64,000 nucleotides of DNA from Candidatus Latescibacterota bacterium (GCA_965219995.1 CBDCOX010000002.1:1824001-1888000), one strand, 5' to 3'; numbered from the stretch's first letter, positions 37,411-48,005 are shown. The notes: generated by a model from the letters alone, not told the origin. Made by a program: numbers and translations.

Positions 37411-39402
37411 ATGGCACTCCCAAAACCGCAAACAACTTCGCTTGAATCAGAGAGCGGACTCCAGGACCGGGGAATCACGCTCCGTTCCGTGGGGATGGGC
37501 GTGCTCGTTTCAGCCCTGACCAGCGGCTGGGTCGCCTATTCCCGGACGGCCGCGGATACATCGTCGGTCAATATCACCCACCTGCCCGTTTCCTTTCTCG
37601 GCGTCTTCCTCGTTGTCCTCACGATCAACCTGATCCTCCGCACGCGGCCCGGCGCCACAGGTCTGGGCCCTTCCGAGATGCTTGTGATCATTGCCATGGG
37701 CCTCGTCGCCGCGATGATCCCGGCGCGCGGGCTTACCGGCATCTGGCTGGGACTGATGGCCGTCCCGTACTACCGAAGCACCCCTGAAAACGGCTGGATC
37801 GACTATATCCAGCCCCATCTTCCGGACTATCTCTTCCCGACCAACGACGGCCGGCAGACGTCTTTGCTCTACGAGGGTCTGCCGCCGGGTGCGGACATTC
37901 CCTGGAACGTCTGGTACCTGCCGCTGTTCTGGTGGCTCACGCTCATTCTGGCGGGATTTACCGTTTGCGCGTGCATTGCTGCGATCCTCCGAAAACAGTG
38001 GGTCGAATACGAACGGCTCGACTACCCCCTCCTTGCGCCGATTCTGGAGACCATCGACGACGTCCGCGACCCTTCCGGAAAGAACAAATGGCCGGACTAC
38101 TTCAAGGGCCGCCTCTTCTGGATCGGATTCGGGATCGCCTTCGGCATCATCGGCTGGAACATGATCTCCTATTTCCAGCCCACGTGGCCACGCATCAGCA
38201 TGAGCCCGAACAAGGGCCTGTTCTACTTCGCACGGGTCTTTCCGCCCCTGCTCACCCACATCAATACGTACACGATCGGCTTCGGTTATTTCGTGAAGCT
38301 GGAAATCCTCTTCTCCATCTGGTTCTTCCACTTCCTGCTGATGTCCGAGATCGCCCTGATCAGAAAAACCGGCTTTCAGTTCGGCCGTATGCACAAGTCC
38401 GGCGGCGGATGGGGCGATCCGCTCGTACAGTGGCAGTGCCTGGGCGCGCTCTTCGTCTTCGTCGCGTGGGGTTTCTGGTCCGCGCGGCACCATCTGCGGG
38501 ACGTGTTCCGCAAGGCGTTCTTCAACGACCGCGGCGTGGATGACTCCAACGAGATTCTCTCGTACCGAACGGCCGTCATCGGGTTTATCGCGGGCAATCT
38601 CTACATTGTCGCCTGGCTGCACCAGGCAGGTATCGAACTCGCGTTGATGGCCATCACCGTTCCGGCGTCGATCATCATCTACATCGCGCTTGCGAGATTC
38701 GTGTGCGAGTCCGGCACCCTGTACCTGGGGCTGCCCACCAGCCCCCTGGATATGGGCTATCAGATCCTGGGCACCGAGACCATTTCCGCAAGGGTCCTGA
38801 CCGCATCGGCCACGTCGCACGCGCTCCGGTGGATGTATTTCATGCCGGCGCTTTCCCAGGGAGTCAAGGCCATCGACCGCGCGCGGGGCAACCGACGCAT
38901 GTTGTTCTGGGCCGTGCTGGGCGGTCTCCTCACCGCGTTGGCCGTGAACATCTGGATGGTGCTCTATCTCGGATACAAATACGGAGCATTCAACTTCACG
39001 GAATATCCCTTCACGAGGTATGCGCCCCGCCTTTACGACGCCGTTGTGTCGAACATAAAGTCGCCGGAACCGGCCTCGTGGGAACGTCTCGTGCTGTTCG
39101 GATTCGGCGGACTCATCATGGCCGCGCTCACGCTCTTGCGATACCGTCTGCCCTGGTGGCCGCTGCACCCCGTGGGATTCATCGTCACCACGACCAGCCT
39201 GCTGCACGAAATCACCGCCATCCTCATCGTCTGGCTCTTCAAGGCCATCGTCATGCGCGTGGGCGGCGTGGGGCTTTACCGCTATTTCCTTCCCCTCTTC
39301 TTCGGAATCATCGTCGGCCGGGCCACGGGGGTCCTGGTCTCCTTTCTCGTGGACCTGATCTGGTTTCCCGGAGGTGGCCACCACGTCCATGGATGGGCGT
39401 AG
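37411..39402 (+). CDS. large multi-pass membrane protein (DUF6785/DUF6784-type, putative transporter)
   Basis: Many TMs; IPWNVW..PL.WW, RKQWVEYERLDYPL, SIWFF, WWPLHPVGF, YFLPLFFG. Confidence 0.75.
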   Translation: MALPKPQTTSLESESGLQDRGITLRSVGMGVLVSALTSGWVAYSRTAADTSSVNITHLPVSFLGVFLVVLTINLILRTRPGATGLGPSEMLVIIAMGLVAAMIPARGLTGIWLGLMAVPYYRSTPENGWIDYIQPHLPDYLFPTNDGRQTSLLYEGLPPGADIPWNVWYLPLFWWLTLILAGFTVCACIAAILRKQWVEYERLDYPLLAPILETIDDVRDPSGKNKWPDYFKGRLFWIGFGIAFGIIGWNMISYFQPTWPRISMSPNKGLFYFARVFPPLLTHINTYTIGFGYFVKLEILFSIWFFHFLLMSEIALIRKTGFQFGRMHKSGGGWGDPLVQWQCLGALFVFVAWGFWSARHHLRDVFRKAFFNDRGVDDSNEILSYRTAVIGFIAGNLYIVAWLHQAGIELALMAITVPASIIIYIALARFVCESGTLYLGLPTSPLDMGYQILGTETISARVLTASATSHALRWMYFMPALSQGVKAIDRARGNRRMLFWAVLGGLLTALAVNIWMVLYLGYKYGAFNFTEYPFTRYAPRLYDAVVSNIKSPEPASWERLVLFGFGGLIMAALTLLRYRLPWWPLHPVGFIVTTTSLLHEITAILIVWLFKAIVMRVGGVGLYRYFLPLFFGIIVGRATGVLVSFLVDLIWFPGGGHHVHGWA

Positions 39403-39500
39403 GCTGACTCGCCGTTTACATACGCTTCCTTGACAGGTATCCTCGTTTCCGCGTTATTTTTCACCGAATAAATGCCGGGACGCCTCTGGAGGTTCTGCCC

Positions 39501-41273
39501 ATGAAAAAATGCGTCTTGTTTTCCTTTGCATTAGCCGTCGCGGTTTATACGCCCGCTGCCGCACAGAACGGCACGCGCCTTGATGATTTCCCGCACGAGG
39601 TCAGCCGTCTCGACGAGATGGGCGGGCTGCCCGGCGCCGCGATGTTCGACTACGACAATGACGGCGACCTGGACATCTACGTGGCAAACGGTCATCGCTT
39701 TCGCAATTACCTGCTCGAAAACGACGGAGACGGGAATTTCAAAGACGTCGGCAGGGAGGCTGGCGTGGCTGTATCGGAAGAAACCCACGGCGTGGGCAGT
39801 GCCGATATCGACAATGACGGGTACGCAGACCTCTTCGTGGCCACGGACGGCAGGAATTATCTCTTCCTCAACAACGGCGACGGGACATTCGACGACATAA
39901 CCGAGTCCGCGGGTATCGTCTCCCGCTACTTCTCGTCCACGGTCGCCTTTGCCGATATCGACAATGACGGGTACGTGGACATCTACGTGGGCGGCGCGGG
40001 TGGCGAAGATGGCGTGGAAATGAACAGAATCGTGGGCACGGGAGAACTCTATCTCAACAACGGCGATCTCACGTTCAAAGACATTACCGATGAAACCGGC
40101 ACCGAAGCGACCTACACCTGGTCGGTCCGCTTCTGCGACTACGACGACGACGGCGACCCGGACCTGTTCACCGCCAACGACCAGGGGATTGCACTGGCGG
40201 GAGAATGGTCGCCCATCCGGCTTCACAGGAACGACGGCAACCTGAGATTCACCGACGTCACCCGGGAGGCCGGCCTGGGCATTACCGGAAGCTGGATGGG
40301 GCTCGCGTTCGGAGACTACGACCTGGACGGCGACTTCGATCTATTCGCCACCAACGTGGGCGGCTCTTTCGTCGACAAGAAGGGACACCAGGAATACGAT
40401 CTGCACGGGTTCTTCCGGAACGACGGTGGCGTTTTCAGGAATATCGCCGAGGAACTGGAGGTCGCACAGAATCTCACATTGGCCAAACTGCACTTCGGCT
40501 GGGGCACCGTCTTTACGGATTTCGACAACGACGGCGACCTGGACCTGTATTTCGTGGGCAACTTCGATATGCTCGAGGCATATAGCAATCCGGGCTACCT
40601 CCTCATCAACGACGGGGCAGGCGCATTCGCCGACTCTACGGCATCATACGGACTGAAAACGCTCAATGCATTTGGCCAGCCGACCATCGCGGTTGGCGTC
40701 GCGACCGGCGACGTCAACAACGACGGCCACGTGGATATTTTCGTCGCCAACGCAGGAACGGACGAAGAGACTGGTTACCCGTTGTTATTTACGGAAAAAT
40801 TCGATGACAACAACTGGATTCGCCTGAAACTCGAAGGCACCGAAAGCAACCGGTCGGCCATCGGCGCCAGGATCCGGCTTACGGCCGGCGGGAAGACCCA
40901 GATCAGCGACGTGGCCAGCGGAGGCAGCAGTTTCTCCCAGAACAGCCTTTGGCCCACCTTCGGCATCGGCGAGAGTACGGTGGTCGACGCCATTGAAATC
41001 CGATGGCCCAGCGGGATCGTCCAGACATTCGAGGACGTCGAGCCCAACCAGACGCTGGAGATCCTGGAGGAGCGTCCGCCGCCCGTCGTCGTCTACGCAG
41101 ATCCCCGGGCCGATTTCAACGGGGACGGCAGCGTCGATTTCGGCGATTTCATAGCCATAGCCAGTGCGTTCAATACAGATGCTTCAACCTACGATCTGAA
41201 CGGGAACGGCGTGGTTGACTTCGGCGATTTCATCGAATTCGCGAAGTCGTTCGGCCGTCCGTTACCTACATAA
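39501..41273 (+). CDS. CRTAC1-family FG-GAP/ASPIC-UnbV secreted protein with C-terminal EF-hand/dockerin-like pair
   Basis: Signal peptide, repeated DxDNDGxxD motifs, SNRSAIGAR...IRWPSG, tail ADFNGDGSVDFGDF..DLNGNGVVDFGDF. Confidence 0.88.
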   Translation: MKKCVLFSFALAVAVYTPAAAQNGTRLDDFPHEVSRLDEMGGLPGAAMFDYDNDGDLDIYVANGHRFRNYLLENDGDGNFKDVGREAGVAVSEETHGVGSADIDNDGYADLFVATDGRNYLFLNNGDGTFDDITESAGIVSRYFSSTVAFADIDNDGYVDIYVGGAGGEDGVEMNRIVGTGELYLNNGDLTFKDITDETGTEATYTWSVRFCDYDDDGDPDLFTANDQGIALAGEWSPIRLHRNDGNLRFTDVTREAGLGITGSWMGLAFGDYDLDGDFDLFATNVGGSFVDKKGHQEYDLHGFFRNDGGVFRNIAEELEVAQNLTLAKLHFGWGTVFTDFDNDGDLDLYFVGNFDMLEAYSNPGYLLINDGAGAFADSTASYGLKTLNAFGQPTIAVGVATGDVNNDGHVDIFVANAGTDEETGYPLLFTEKFDDNNWIRLKLEGTESNRSAIGARIRLTAGGKTQISDVASGGSSFSQNSLWPTFGIGESTVVDAIEIRWPSGIVQTFEDVEPNQTLEILEERPPPVVVYADPRADFNGDGSVDFGDFIAIASAFNTDASTYDLNGNGVVDFGDFIEFAKSFGRPLPT

Positions 41274-41300
41274 AGAAGCCCGGCGGGTGTTCCGCCGGGC
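41272..41300. terminator. terminator hairpin between convergent genes
   Basis: GCCCGGCGG...CCGCCGGGC; TTCTTT tail on the minus strand. Confidence 0.65.
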
Positions 41301-41330
41301 CCGGTCCTCGTCTGATCACGCATCGGGCGT

Positions 41331-42269
41331 TCAAGGCTCTTCGACCACGACGAACCCGAGCGAATCCACGGATGCGGACCCGAAGAGTCCGATCCCGCCC
41401 TCCACGTGGAAGAGCGGCCGCCTGAAATTCTCGCCCGCAAGCCCGCCGAACCAGCCCTCCTGCGCTCCCGGCCCCGAGCGTGCGTAGTCATACCAGTTCC
41501 GGTCCACCGCGTAAATCCTCATCAGGTGACGACCCGTGAAATAGATCGCGAACCACGGCAGCCGGACGCTCCCTTCGGTCGACTCGATCGCCGGCGAACT
41601 TCCCGTACGGTCCGGGGTCTCTTCAGATAATTCCCTGTCAACCTCTTCGGCATCCGCGTCCAGACTCACGATGCCCACCTGATAACCTGGTACGTCGATC
41701 GGGTCGAACCTGGCCTCTAGAAACCCTGTCTTGTAGACCACCCTGTTTTCCGGTGTACGATAGACCCCACCCGGCGCTTCCGCAAACGTCTTCAGCTTCT
41801 GCAGCACTTGCTCGGTCTCCTGACTCAGAACGACGCCCTCACGCAAACGGAAGTGCCGCGGCGTGATCGTCGTGGCCCGCGCCGTCGTGTCTCTTGTCGT
41901 TACGACCATGACGTACCGCGTTTCGGGGGCGACGACAGGGGGATCGGGCGGCGGCGAATACTGAAACGGGCCTGCATCCGGATCCCGGACGTACCGGAAG
42001 ACGCGGTCGCCCCGACGTATCTCCACGACGGCGTCCGGCGCCATGGCGTGCCTCGGGCTGTCGCGGTCGCCCGTAGTCACCGTCTGCGTCACGAAGACCG
42101 GGGGAAGCGGCCGTCCCACAATCAGCAGGCCGTCCAGCACGAGTTCACCCCCGGCATCCGGGCCGAACAATGATTCCGGCGTCCGTTCGGCCTGACAGGC
42201 CGCCATCAGCAACCCGAAAACGACAGCCGGGAGTTTTCGTCCGGCAATCCATGAACTCATCGCAAGCAT
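41331..42269 (-). CDS. DUF4249-like lipoprotein (TBDR partner)
   Basis: Lipobox LMAAC; C-terminal HVEGGIGLFGS; downstream of a TBDR. Confidence 0.7.
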   Translation of the reverse strand: MLAMSSWIAGRKLPAVVFGLLMAACQAERTPESLFGPDAGGELVLDGLLIVGRPLPPVFVTQTVTTGDRDSPRHAMAPDAVVEIRRGDRVFRYVRDPDAGPFQYSPPPDPPVVAPETRYVMVVTTRDTTARATTITPRHFRLREGVVLSQETEQVLQKLKTFAEAPGGVYRTPENRVVYKTGFLEARFDPIDVPGYQVGIVSLDADAEEVDRELSEETPDRTGSSPAIESTEGSVRLPWFAIYFTGRHLMRIYAVDRNWYDYARSGPGAQEGWFGGLAGENFRRPLFHVEGGIGLFGSASVDSLGFVVVEEP

Positions 42270-42356
42270 CTCCCGGATCGGGACACCGGCGGCAACGCAG
42301 CAAGCCGCGAAAGACGCATCGAAGACGCATTCGGTGCCGCCAGATCCATTCGAATA

Positions 42357-44594
42357 TCAAAAGGCATAATTTATGCCCAGCGTGGGTATGACGGGCAGCA
42401 TCTTCACGACCTCGGGATCGACATTAACGGCATCCGGATCGAACTGCACGAACCATTCGTTGCGCCGGCTGTAGGCGTTGAACACCTGAATATAAGCCTC
42501 CGCGTCCGTTCGGAAAATCCGGAACCCACGTTTGATACTCACGTCCAGCCTGTGATAGGGCAGCAGCCGCGCGCTGTTCCGGTCGGCCGGCAGCGCATAG
42601 TTCTCGACTCTCGCTTCCGGCTCGGCGGGCGTCCTCAGCCTGTATACCGCCGACGCCGGCGTGAACGCCTGCCCCGTCGCGTACAGCAGATTGGCGCCGA
42701 AGGTCCACCGGCCCACCCGCCAGTTGCTCACGAAAGAGAGATCGTGCCGCCTGTCGTATTTGGGTGGAAACCTCATTCCGCCGTTCAATTCCGCGAACCG
42801 CCTTCGCGTCCATCCCAGCGTATATCCGACCCACCCGGTGACCGATCCCGTACGCCGCTGCAGGAAGAATTCAACGCCCGCAGCGACGCCGGTCCCGCCG
42901 CTCACGAACGTATCTTCGGAGGTGCCCGCTTCGGAGCCGACGGCGACGTTGTTGTCGAACAACACCAGGTTCGCAAAGTCCGTACAGTACCCTTCCATCG
43001 TCAGCTGATACCGCTTCGACGGTTCCCATTCCAACCCCGCGACGCCCTGCCAGGAACGGCCCGGTTCCACGGTCCGGTCGAGAGGGACCCAGACGTCGCC
43101 GCCGCTGAAAACCTCCGTGGTCACCAGCTGGATGTACTGCCTGTATGATCCGGCGCCCAACTTCAGCTTCAACGTCGGCGTGAACCCGTGGCTGAGGGCG
43201 AACCGGGGTTCGGCGTGAAACCGGCTTCCCTCGCTGAAATAGTTGGCGCGCGCGCCCAGCCTGACGCTGGTCTCCGCGCGCGGCTGCCACAGGTCCTGTG
43301 CATACGCCGACAACAGAATCGGCCGTTCGCGGATATCCAGCTGATCGACCTGGTTGAAGCTCTGCCGGTACGCGAAGTCATACCAGGTAGCCAGAAATCC
43401 GGAATTCAGGGAATGCCTGCTGCTCGCGAAAAAGTCCAGATCCCCTTTGATGGTTATATCCCGGATCCCGTTGGAAAACAGGATGGGGGTCTCGATCGCA
43501 CGCACTTCAGTGTAACTGTCGTATTTGCTTCCCGATACCACGAGATTTCCGAAAACCGCAGGGGAAAACACATGGGTCCATCGGCCGGTGAAGGCGGTAT
43601 TTCCCCACCGTACGTTGAAAAAACTCCCGTCCTCAAATTCGAAATTCAAGTCGTCACGTCCGAAGTATCCGCTGAGCATCAGCCTGTCACTGTCCCCGAA
43701 ATCCTGATTGAACTTTGCGTTCGTATCGTAGAAATAATAGTACGGCACTTCGGTGTCTTCGTCCCTGATCAACGAGAGTACCGGTTCCAGATACGTCCGC
43801 CTTCCGGAGACCATCCAGGACCCGTCCCCGGCCGGTCCCTCCAGGGTCATTCGCGCGGAAATCAGGCTGATCCCTCCGGTTCCCTCGAACCCCTTCCGGT
43901 TGCCGTCGCGGTTGCGCACGTCCAGAACGGAACCCAGCCTACCGCCGTATTGGGCGGGATACGCGCCTTTGTGCAGGCTCATATCCTTGATGGCGTCGGG
44001 ATTGAACGTGGAAAAGAAGCCGAACGCGTGCGTCGGGTTGTACAGCGGGATCTGATCCAGCAGGATCAGCGTCTGGTCCGGTCCACCGCCCCGGATGTAC
44101 AACCCGCTGCTGAAATCCGAAGCCGCCTGTATCCCTGGCAGCAGCTGAAGGCTGCGCAGCAGATCGGTCTCACCGACGGCGGGCAACTCCTGCAGTTGCG
44201 CGGTTTCCAGCGTAACAAAACCCGTCTGCACGTTCCGCTCCGTCTCGTACGGGTCCGCTTCGACCACGATCTCCCGGGTCAGAATCGGCTCCGGGACCAA
44301 CTGCACATGCAACTCCCGAGACTCTGTCCCGGAAAACCGAAGCGTGTCAACGTAGCTCCGGAAACCGATGTAGGTAACGAGCAACCTGTATTCGCCGGGA
44401 GGAATGTGCTGGACCGCGTAGTAACCGTCCACGTTGCTCAGCGCGCCCAGTGGCGAGTCGCCACCTTCCAGGACCACGTTCGAGTAGGGGAGCGACTCCC
44501 CGCTGGTGCCGTCCGTGACGTATCCGCTCAACGTCGCGGCACCGACGCCGCCGGGCAACAGGAAAACCAGTATCAGAAAACGCAAACCGTACAC
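42357..44594 (-). CDS. TonB-dependent receptor
   Basis: SGYVTD..SGESLPYSNV, LQLLPGI, IRGGGPDQ, YPAQYGGRLGSVL, ends INYAF; GTG start after GGAGG. Confidence 0.9.
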   Translation of the reverse strand: MYGLRFLILVFLLPGGVGAATLSGYVTDGTSGESLPYSNVVLEGGDSPLGALSNVDGYYAVQHIPPGEYRLLVTYIGFRSYVDTLRFSGTESRELHVQLVPEPILTREIVVEADPYETERNVQTGFVTLETAQLQELPAVGETDLLRSLQLLPGIQAASDFSSGLYIRGGGPDQTLILLDQIPLYNPTHAFGFFSTFNPDAIKDMSLHKGAYPAQYGGRLGSVLDVRNRDGNRKGFEGTGGISLISARMTLEGPAGDGSWMVSGRRTYLEPVLSLIRDEDTEVPYYYFYDTNAKFNQDFGDSDRLMLSGYFGRDDLNFEFEDGSFFNVRWGNTAFTGRWTHVFSPAVFGNLVVSGSKYDSYTEVRAIETPILFSNGIRDITIKGDLDFFASSRHSLNSGFLATWYDFAYRQSFNQVDQLDIRERPILLSAYAQDLWQPRAETSVRLGARANYFSEGSRFHAEPRFALSHGFTPTLKLKLGAGSYRQYIQLVTTEVFSGGDVWVPLDRTVEPGRSWQGVAGLEWEPSKRYQLTMEGYCTDFANLVLFDNNVAVGSEAGTSEDTFVSGGTGVAAGVEFFLQRRTGSVTGWVGYTLGWTRRRFAELNGGMRFPPKYDRRHDLSFVSNWRVGRWTFGANLLYATGQAFTPASAVYRLRTPAEPEARVENYALPADRNSARLLPYHRLDVSIKRGFRIFRTDAEAYIQVFNAYSRRNEWFVQFDPDAVNVDPEVVKMLPVIPTLGINYAF

Positions 44595-44658
44595 CAGTGC
44601 GCCTCCATCCGCCTCGAAATGCCAGGCCGGGGAACAGGCCACCGCTTCACAGCCGGGC

Positions 44659-44687
44659 AAAGAAAAACCCGGCGACGTCGCCGGGCT
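44659..44687 (-). terminator. intrinsic terminator between the epimerase operon and the TBDR
   Basis: GCCCGGCG-ACGT-CGCCGGGT-TTTTCTTT. Confidence 0.75.
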
Positions 44688-44844
44688 TCAGTGTGCAGAA
44701 ATCCGCGGGGTTGTTCGCAATAACACCCGCCCACCCGGTCTCCCCATGCTTCCTGCCATGAACGTCCGGATCCCGCGGGGAGTTCCGGGAATTCGCGACT
44801 GCGCTGCCTGGCAGGAATCCCGCGCGGCCGGCATCCGTTATTCT

Positions 44845-45876
44845 TCAGGAAAACCACTTCAGCACGCGAAGCACGCCCTGTTTCACGGGGTCCCGATGGA
44901 TGGACCTCGCGCCCGCCCGGCCTCCCTGAGATTCGTGCTCGATATACCAGTCGTAAGCCTGGATCATCGTCTCCACGTTGCTGTGCCGGGGTCTCCAGCC
45001 CAACTGCTTCATCGCATCCGAAAGGTCGAAGAAAAAGGGTTTGTGATAGGTCAGGTAGTGCCAGGGCGCGAGCGGGCAGATTCGCAGGGCATCCAGGACT
45101 TTCAGGACAGGCACGGTCAACCTGACCGGCAATCCCACGACTCTGGACGTACTGCCGGCGTGTCTGATGGTCGTGTGCAGATCTTCACGCAGTGTCGAAT
45201 ACCTGTCGGCGCCGATATTGAATACGCCCTGCCTTTCATTCTCGGCGCCCAGCAGCGCGGCCGTCACAAGGTCGTCCACGTGGACGAACTGAAACGGATT
45301 GTCGCCGTTGCCGACGACGTAGATGTTCCGGTTGTCGCGAATCCATTCGAAAAGGATCTGAAAAATGCCCAGCCTGCCCGGTCCGAGGATGGTCCGCGGG
45401 CGAAGAATCAGGCTGGGCAACCCCTTACGCGCGGCTCTCTGTACCTCCTGCTCCGCCGCGAGTTTCGCGCGGCCGTAGGCCTCGACCGGCGCCGGCGGGG
45501 TGTCGCCGGTAATCGGACACGCGTCGGGGATGCCGAATACCGCCGAGGACGACATGTGAACGAACAGCCGTACACCGGCGTCGAGCGCGGCGTTTGCGGC
45601 GATCCTCGTCCCGTCGACGTTGACGTCTCGGAACTCCGGGCCGGCCTTCGCCAGAGGCACCAGGGCGACGTTGTGGTGCACAAAGCGCACGCCCTTCATC
45701 GCGTCTCGCACGCCCTGTCGATCGCGAATGTCGCACGCCACGAACTCCGTGCCGGGCGGACGGTCCGGAGAATCGATGACGTCCAGAACTCTTACGCCCT
45801 GACCCTCGGCGCGAAGCCTGCGGACGACGTGGCTTCCCAGAAAACCCGAGCCGCCCGTTACCAGATGCAACGGCAT
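44845..45876 (-). CDS. NAD-dependent epimerase/dehydratase (extended SDR)
   Basis: TGGSGFLG, SSSAVFG, YGRAK. Confidence 0.9.
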   Translation of the reverse strand: MPLHLVTGGSGFLGSHVVRRLRAEGQGVRVLDVIDSPDRPPGTEFVACDIRDRQGVRDAMKGVRFVHHNVALVPLAKAGPEFRDVNVDGTRIAANAALDAGVRLFVHMSSSAVFGIPDACPITGDTPPAPVEAYGRAKLAAEQEVQRAARKGLPSLILRPRTILGPGRLGIFQILFEWIRDNRNIYVVGNGDNPFQFVHVDDLVTAALLGAENERQGVFNIGADRYSTLREDLHTTIRHAGSTSRVVGLPVRLTVPVLKVLDALRICPLAPWHYLTYHKPFFFDLSDAMKQLGWRPRHSNVETMIQAYDWYIEHESQGGRAGARSIHRDPVKQGVLRVLKWFS

Positions 45877-46436
45877 ACGGAAGACCTGCCCTCACCGACG
45901 CCGCGAACGACGTCGCGCGCCAGCGCAAGAACCTCATAGACGACGTGCACGGGCCTGACTCGATAGTACCAGAGGCGGTCGACTATACGTTCGCTGGAAA
46001 GGGCGCTGCAGGGAACCCGGTGGACCCGTGCAATTCTGAAGCCCGTCCTGGCGAAACAGTAACGCGCCCTGTACGAGTGGATATCGGCGCAGATCAGGTC
46101 GACGGGGCCCGGCGGCCACCGCATTCGATCGAGAAGGTACCTGCGAAGCAGCAGCGCATTGCCGAGGGTATCGACATAGCCGGACGACGCAAAGACGGGA
46201 CAGTGTATCTGCAGGCAATCCGACCTGGCGTTGAGATAGTCCCGTGCCGCCTCCTGCTCACGGACGTCGCCGCCGAACCGGTTTGCGGGCGCCAGATACA
46301 CGATGGAATCCGTCGCAGCGATCGACGCGACGTAGTCCAGCACCTGGCGAAAGACAAAGCTGGGCTCGGGAAGCGTCCTGCCGCGGGCGTCTTTCGCCAG
46401 TCCTTCCGGCACGACAACCAGGGGCCTTCCCGTCAA
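45858..46436 (-). CDS. YdcF/DUF218-like protein
   Basis: EQEAARDYL, DTLGNA, HSYRA, YEVLA; TTG start overlapping the upstream TGA (alternative ATG 46463). Confidence 0.55.
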   Translation of the reverse strand: MTGRPLVVVPEGLAKDARGRTLPEPSFVFRQVLDYVASIAATDSIVYLAPANRFGGDVREQEAARDYLNARSDCLQIHCPVFASSGYVDTLGNALLLRRYLLDRMRWPPGPVDLICADIHSYRARYCFARTGFRIARVHRVPCSALSSERIVDRLWYYRVRPVHVVYEVLALARDVVRGVGEGRSSVCRCIW

Positions 46437-47476
46437 GACAGGAGTCCCCGGTCGATACACCATTTGATGGACCGCCGCATGCCCTCCTCCAGGCCGATCC
46501 GCGGACAATAACCGAGTTCCCTTTCGGCTTTTTCTATCGAACACGCAATCGTCTTGTTCATCTCGGACAGGACGTGCACCTCCTGCCAGTACAGTCCGGC
46601 GCGTTGTATCATCCAGTCGCAGGCGACCGCAACCTCGCTGGCGATGGCGGGCAACCTCATCCGCCTGTGCGCCACGGGCAGATTGAATTCATGCTCCAGC
46701 AGGGTTTCAATCGTATCAACCGTCTGGTTCATCGTGTAAGGCGTCCGGTCCGCAATCCAGTAGGTCTGACCGTTCGCTTGATCGATCCGGCCGGCGAGCA
46801 GAATGGCCTGACAGAGATTATCTATATAGGTCATCGACCGCCGGTTCTCGCCCCCGCCGACGACGGGAACGCGCCCGTCCTGGATCATCTTGAAGAACCG
46901 CGTCTGCCGCGGCGGCTGGCCCGGGCCGTAAAACCAGCAGGGTCGGAGAATCGTGGTTTCCAACTCTCCCGACGCGTGCGCCGCATTGACGATATCCTCC
47001 GCCAGCTTCTTCGACTTGCCATAGCTCATGTATGGTCGATTCGGCGAATCCTCGTCGAACAGGCGCTCGTTATCGGAGTGATGGCCCGCCGGACTGTTGG
47101 ATGAAATCATCACCAGCCGCTTCACGCCGTGATCCAGGGCACAGTTGACGACGTTGCGTGCGCCGCCCGTATTTACATCGTAGAATTCCCTGGACCGCCT
47201 GGGATGAATGACGCCGATGAGGTGAAAAAGCGTGGCGCCTTCGCATTCGGAAAAAAACGGCTCGAGGGATGACGTGTCGCGCGCGTCTCCCTCGACCACG
47301 CTGACCCTTCCGGAGAATCCGCGAAGCTCGTCCGAGTTCACGCCGTTCAATACCAGACAGCGTATGCGGCGATCGGTATATGGTTCCGTCAGCGACGGCA
47401 TGCACGGCAGACCATTGACGATCGCATCGACCAGACGCGTGCCCAGCCATCCGGGCGCACCGGTAATCAGGATCAT
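46433..47476 (-). CDS. NAD-dependent epimerase/dehydratase (extended SDR)
   Basis: TGAPGWLG, SSNS, YGKSK, WFYGP. Confidence 0.88.
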   Translation of the reverse strand: MILITGAPGWLGTRLVDAIVNGLPCMPSLTEPYTDRRIRCLVLNGVNSDELRGFSGRVSVVEGDARDTSSLEPFFSECEGATLFHLIGVIHPRRSREFYDVNTGGARNVVNCALDHGVKRLVMISSNSPAGHHSDNERLFDEDSPNRPYMSYGKSKKLAEDIVNAAHASGELETTILRPCWFYGPGQPPRQTRFFKMIQDGRVPVVGGGENRRSMTYIDNLCQAILLAGRIDQANGQTYWIADRTPYTMNQTVDTIETLLEHEFNLPVAHRRMRLPAIASEVAVACDWMIQRAGLYWQEVHVLSEMNKTIACSIEKAERELGYCPRIGLEEGMRRSIKWCIDRGLLS

Positions 47477-47524
47477 GCGCGCGATTTCCTTCCATCCTTC
47501 ACGTCCGGCCTGTCCGCACCCATC

Positions 47525-47941
47525 TCAGTCGGCGCGGGCCCCCACCCACTCGCTCCTGTTGCACGTGATATCCACGACGTTTCCGTCGGGGTCCAGCACC
47601 TTGAACGATACCGGCGGACGCACGTCAGGATCGACCGGATTGCGCTCCTTCACGTTTTCTCTCACGACCTCCGCGCCCCACGCCAGTATGCGTTCCCAGG
47701 TCGCGTCCAGGTCTTCCACGACCACGCCGAAATGGATATATTCATCCCCTTCCCGGAGCATCGGTCGACTCGAGCCCTCCGGCTGCTGGATCAACGTGAT
47801 GTTATTCGTACCGTCGCTCATATCCAGCGCGTCGCCGTGGGCGCGGTGCGCAACGAAGCGCCAGCCGATCACTTCCTCGTAGAAACGTCTGGAACGTTCC
47901 ATGTCGGCGCAACGAAGCGCCAGGTGTCTCAACAGACCCAT
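47525..47941 (-). CDS. VOC/glyoxalase family protein
   Basis: HLALRC..ME.S.RFY, HFGVVVED, DPDGNVVD. Confidence 0.88.
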   Translation of the reverse strand: MGLLRHLALRCADMERSRRFYEEVIGWRFVAHRAHGDALDMSDGTNNITLIQQPEGSSRPMLREGDEYIHFGVVVEDLDATWERILAWGAEVVRENVKERNPVDPDVRPPVSFKVLDPDGNVVDITCNRSEWVGARAD

Positions 47942-48005
47942 GGTATCTCCCTTGTTGGCAATTCCTAGGGAACAGTTCGCCAATGTCTCCGCGGCCGAAC
48001 GGCTC

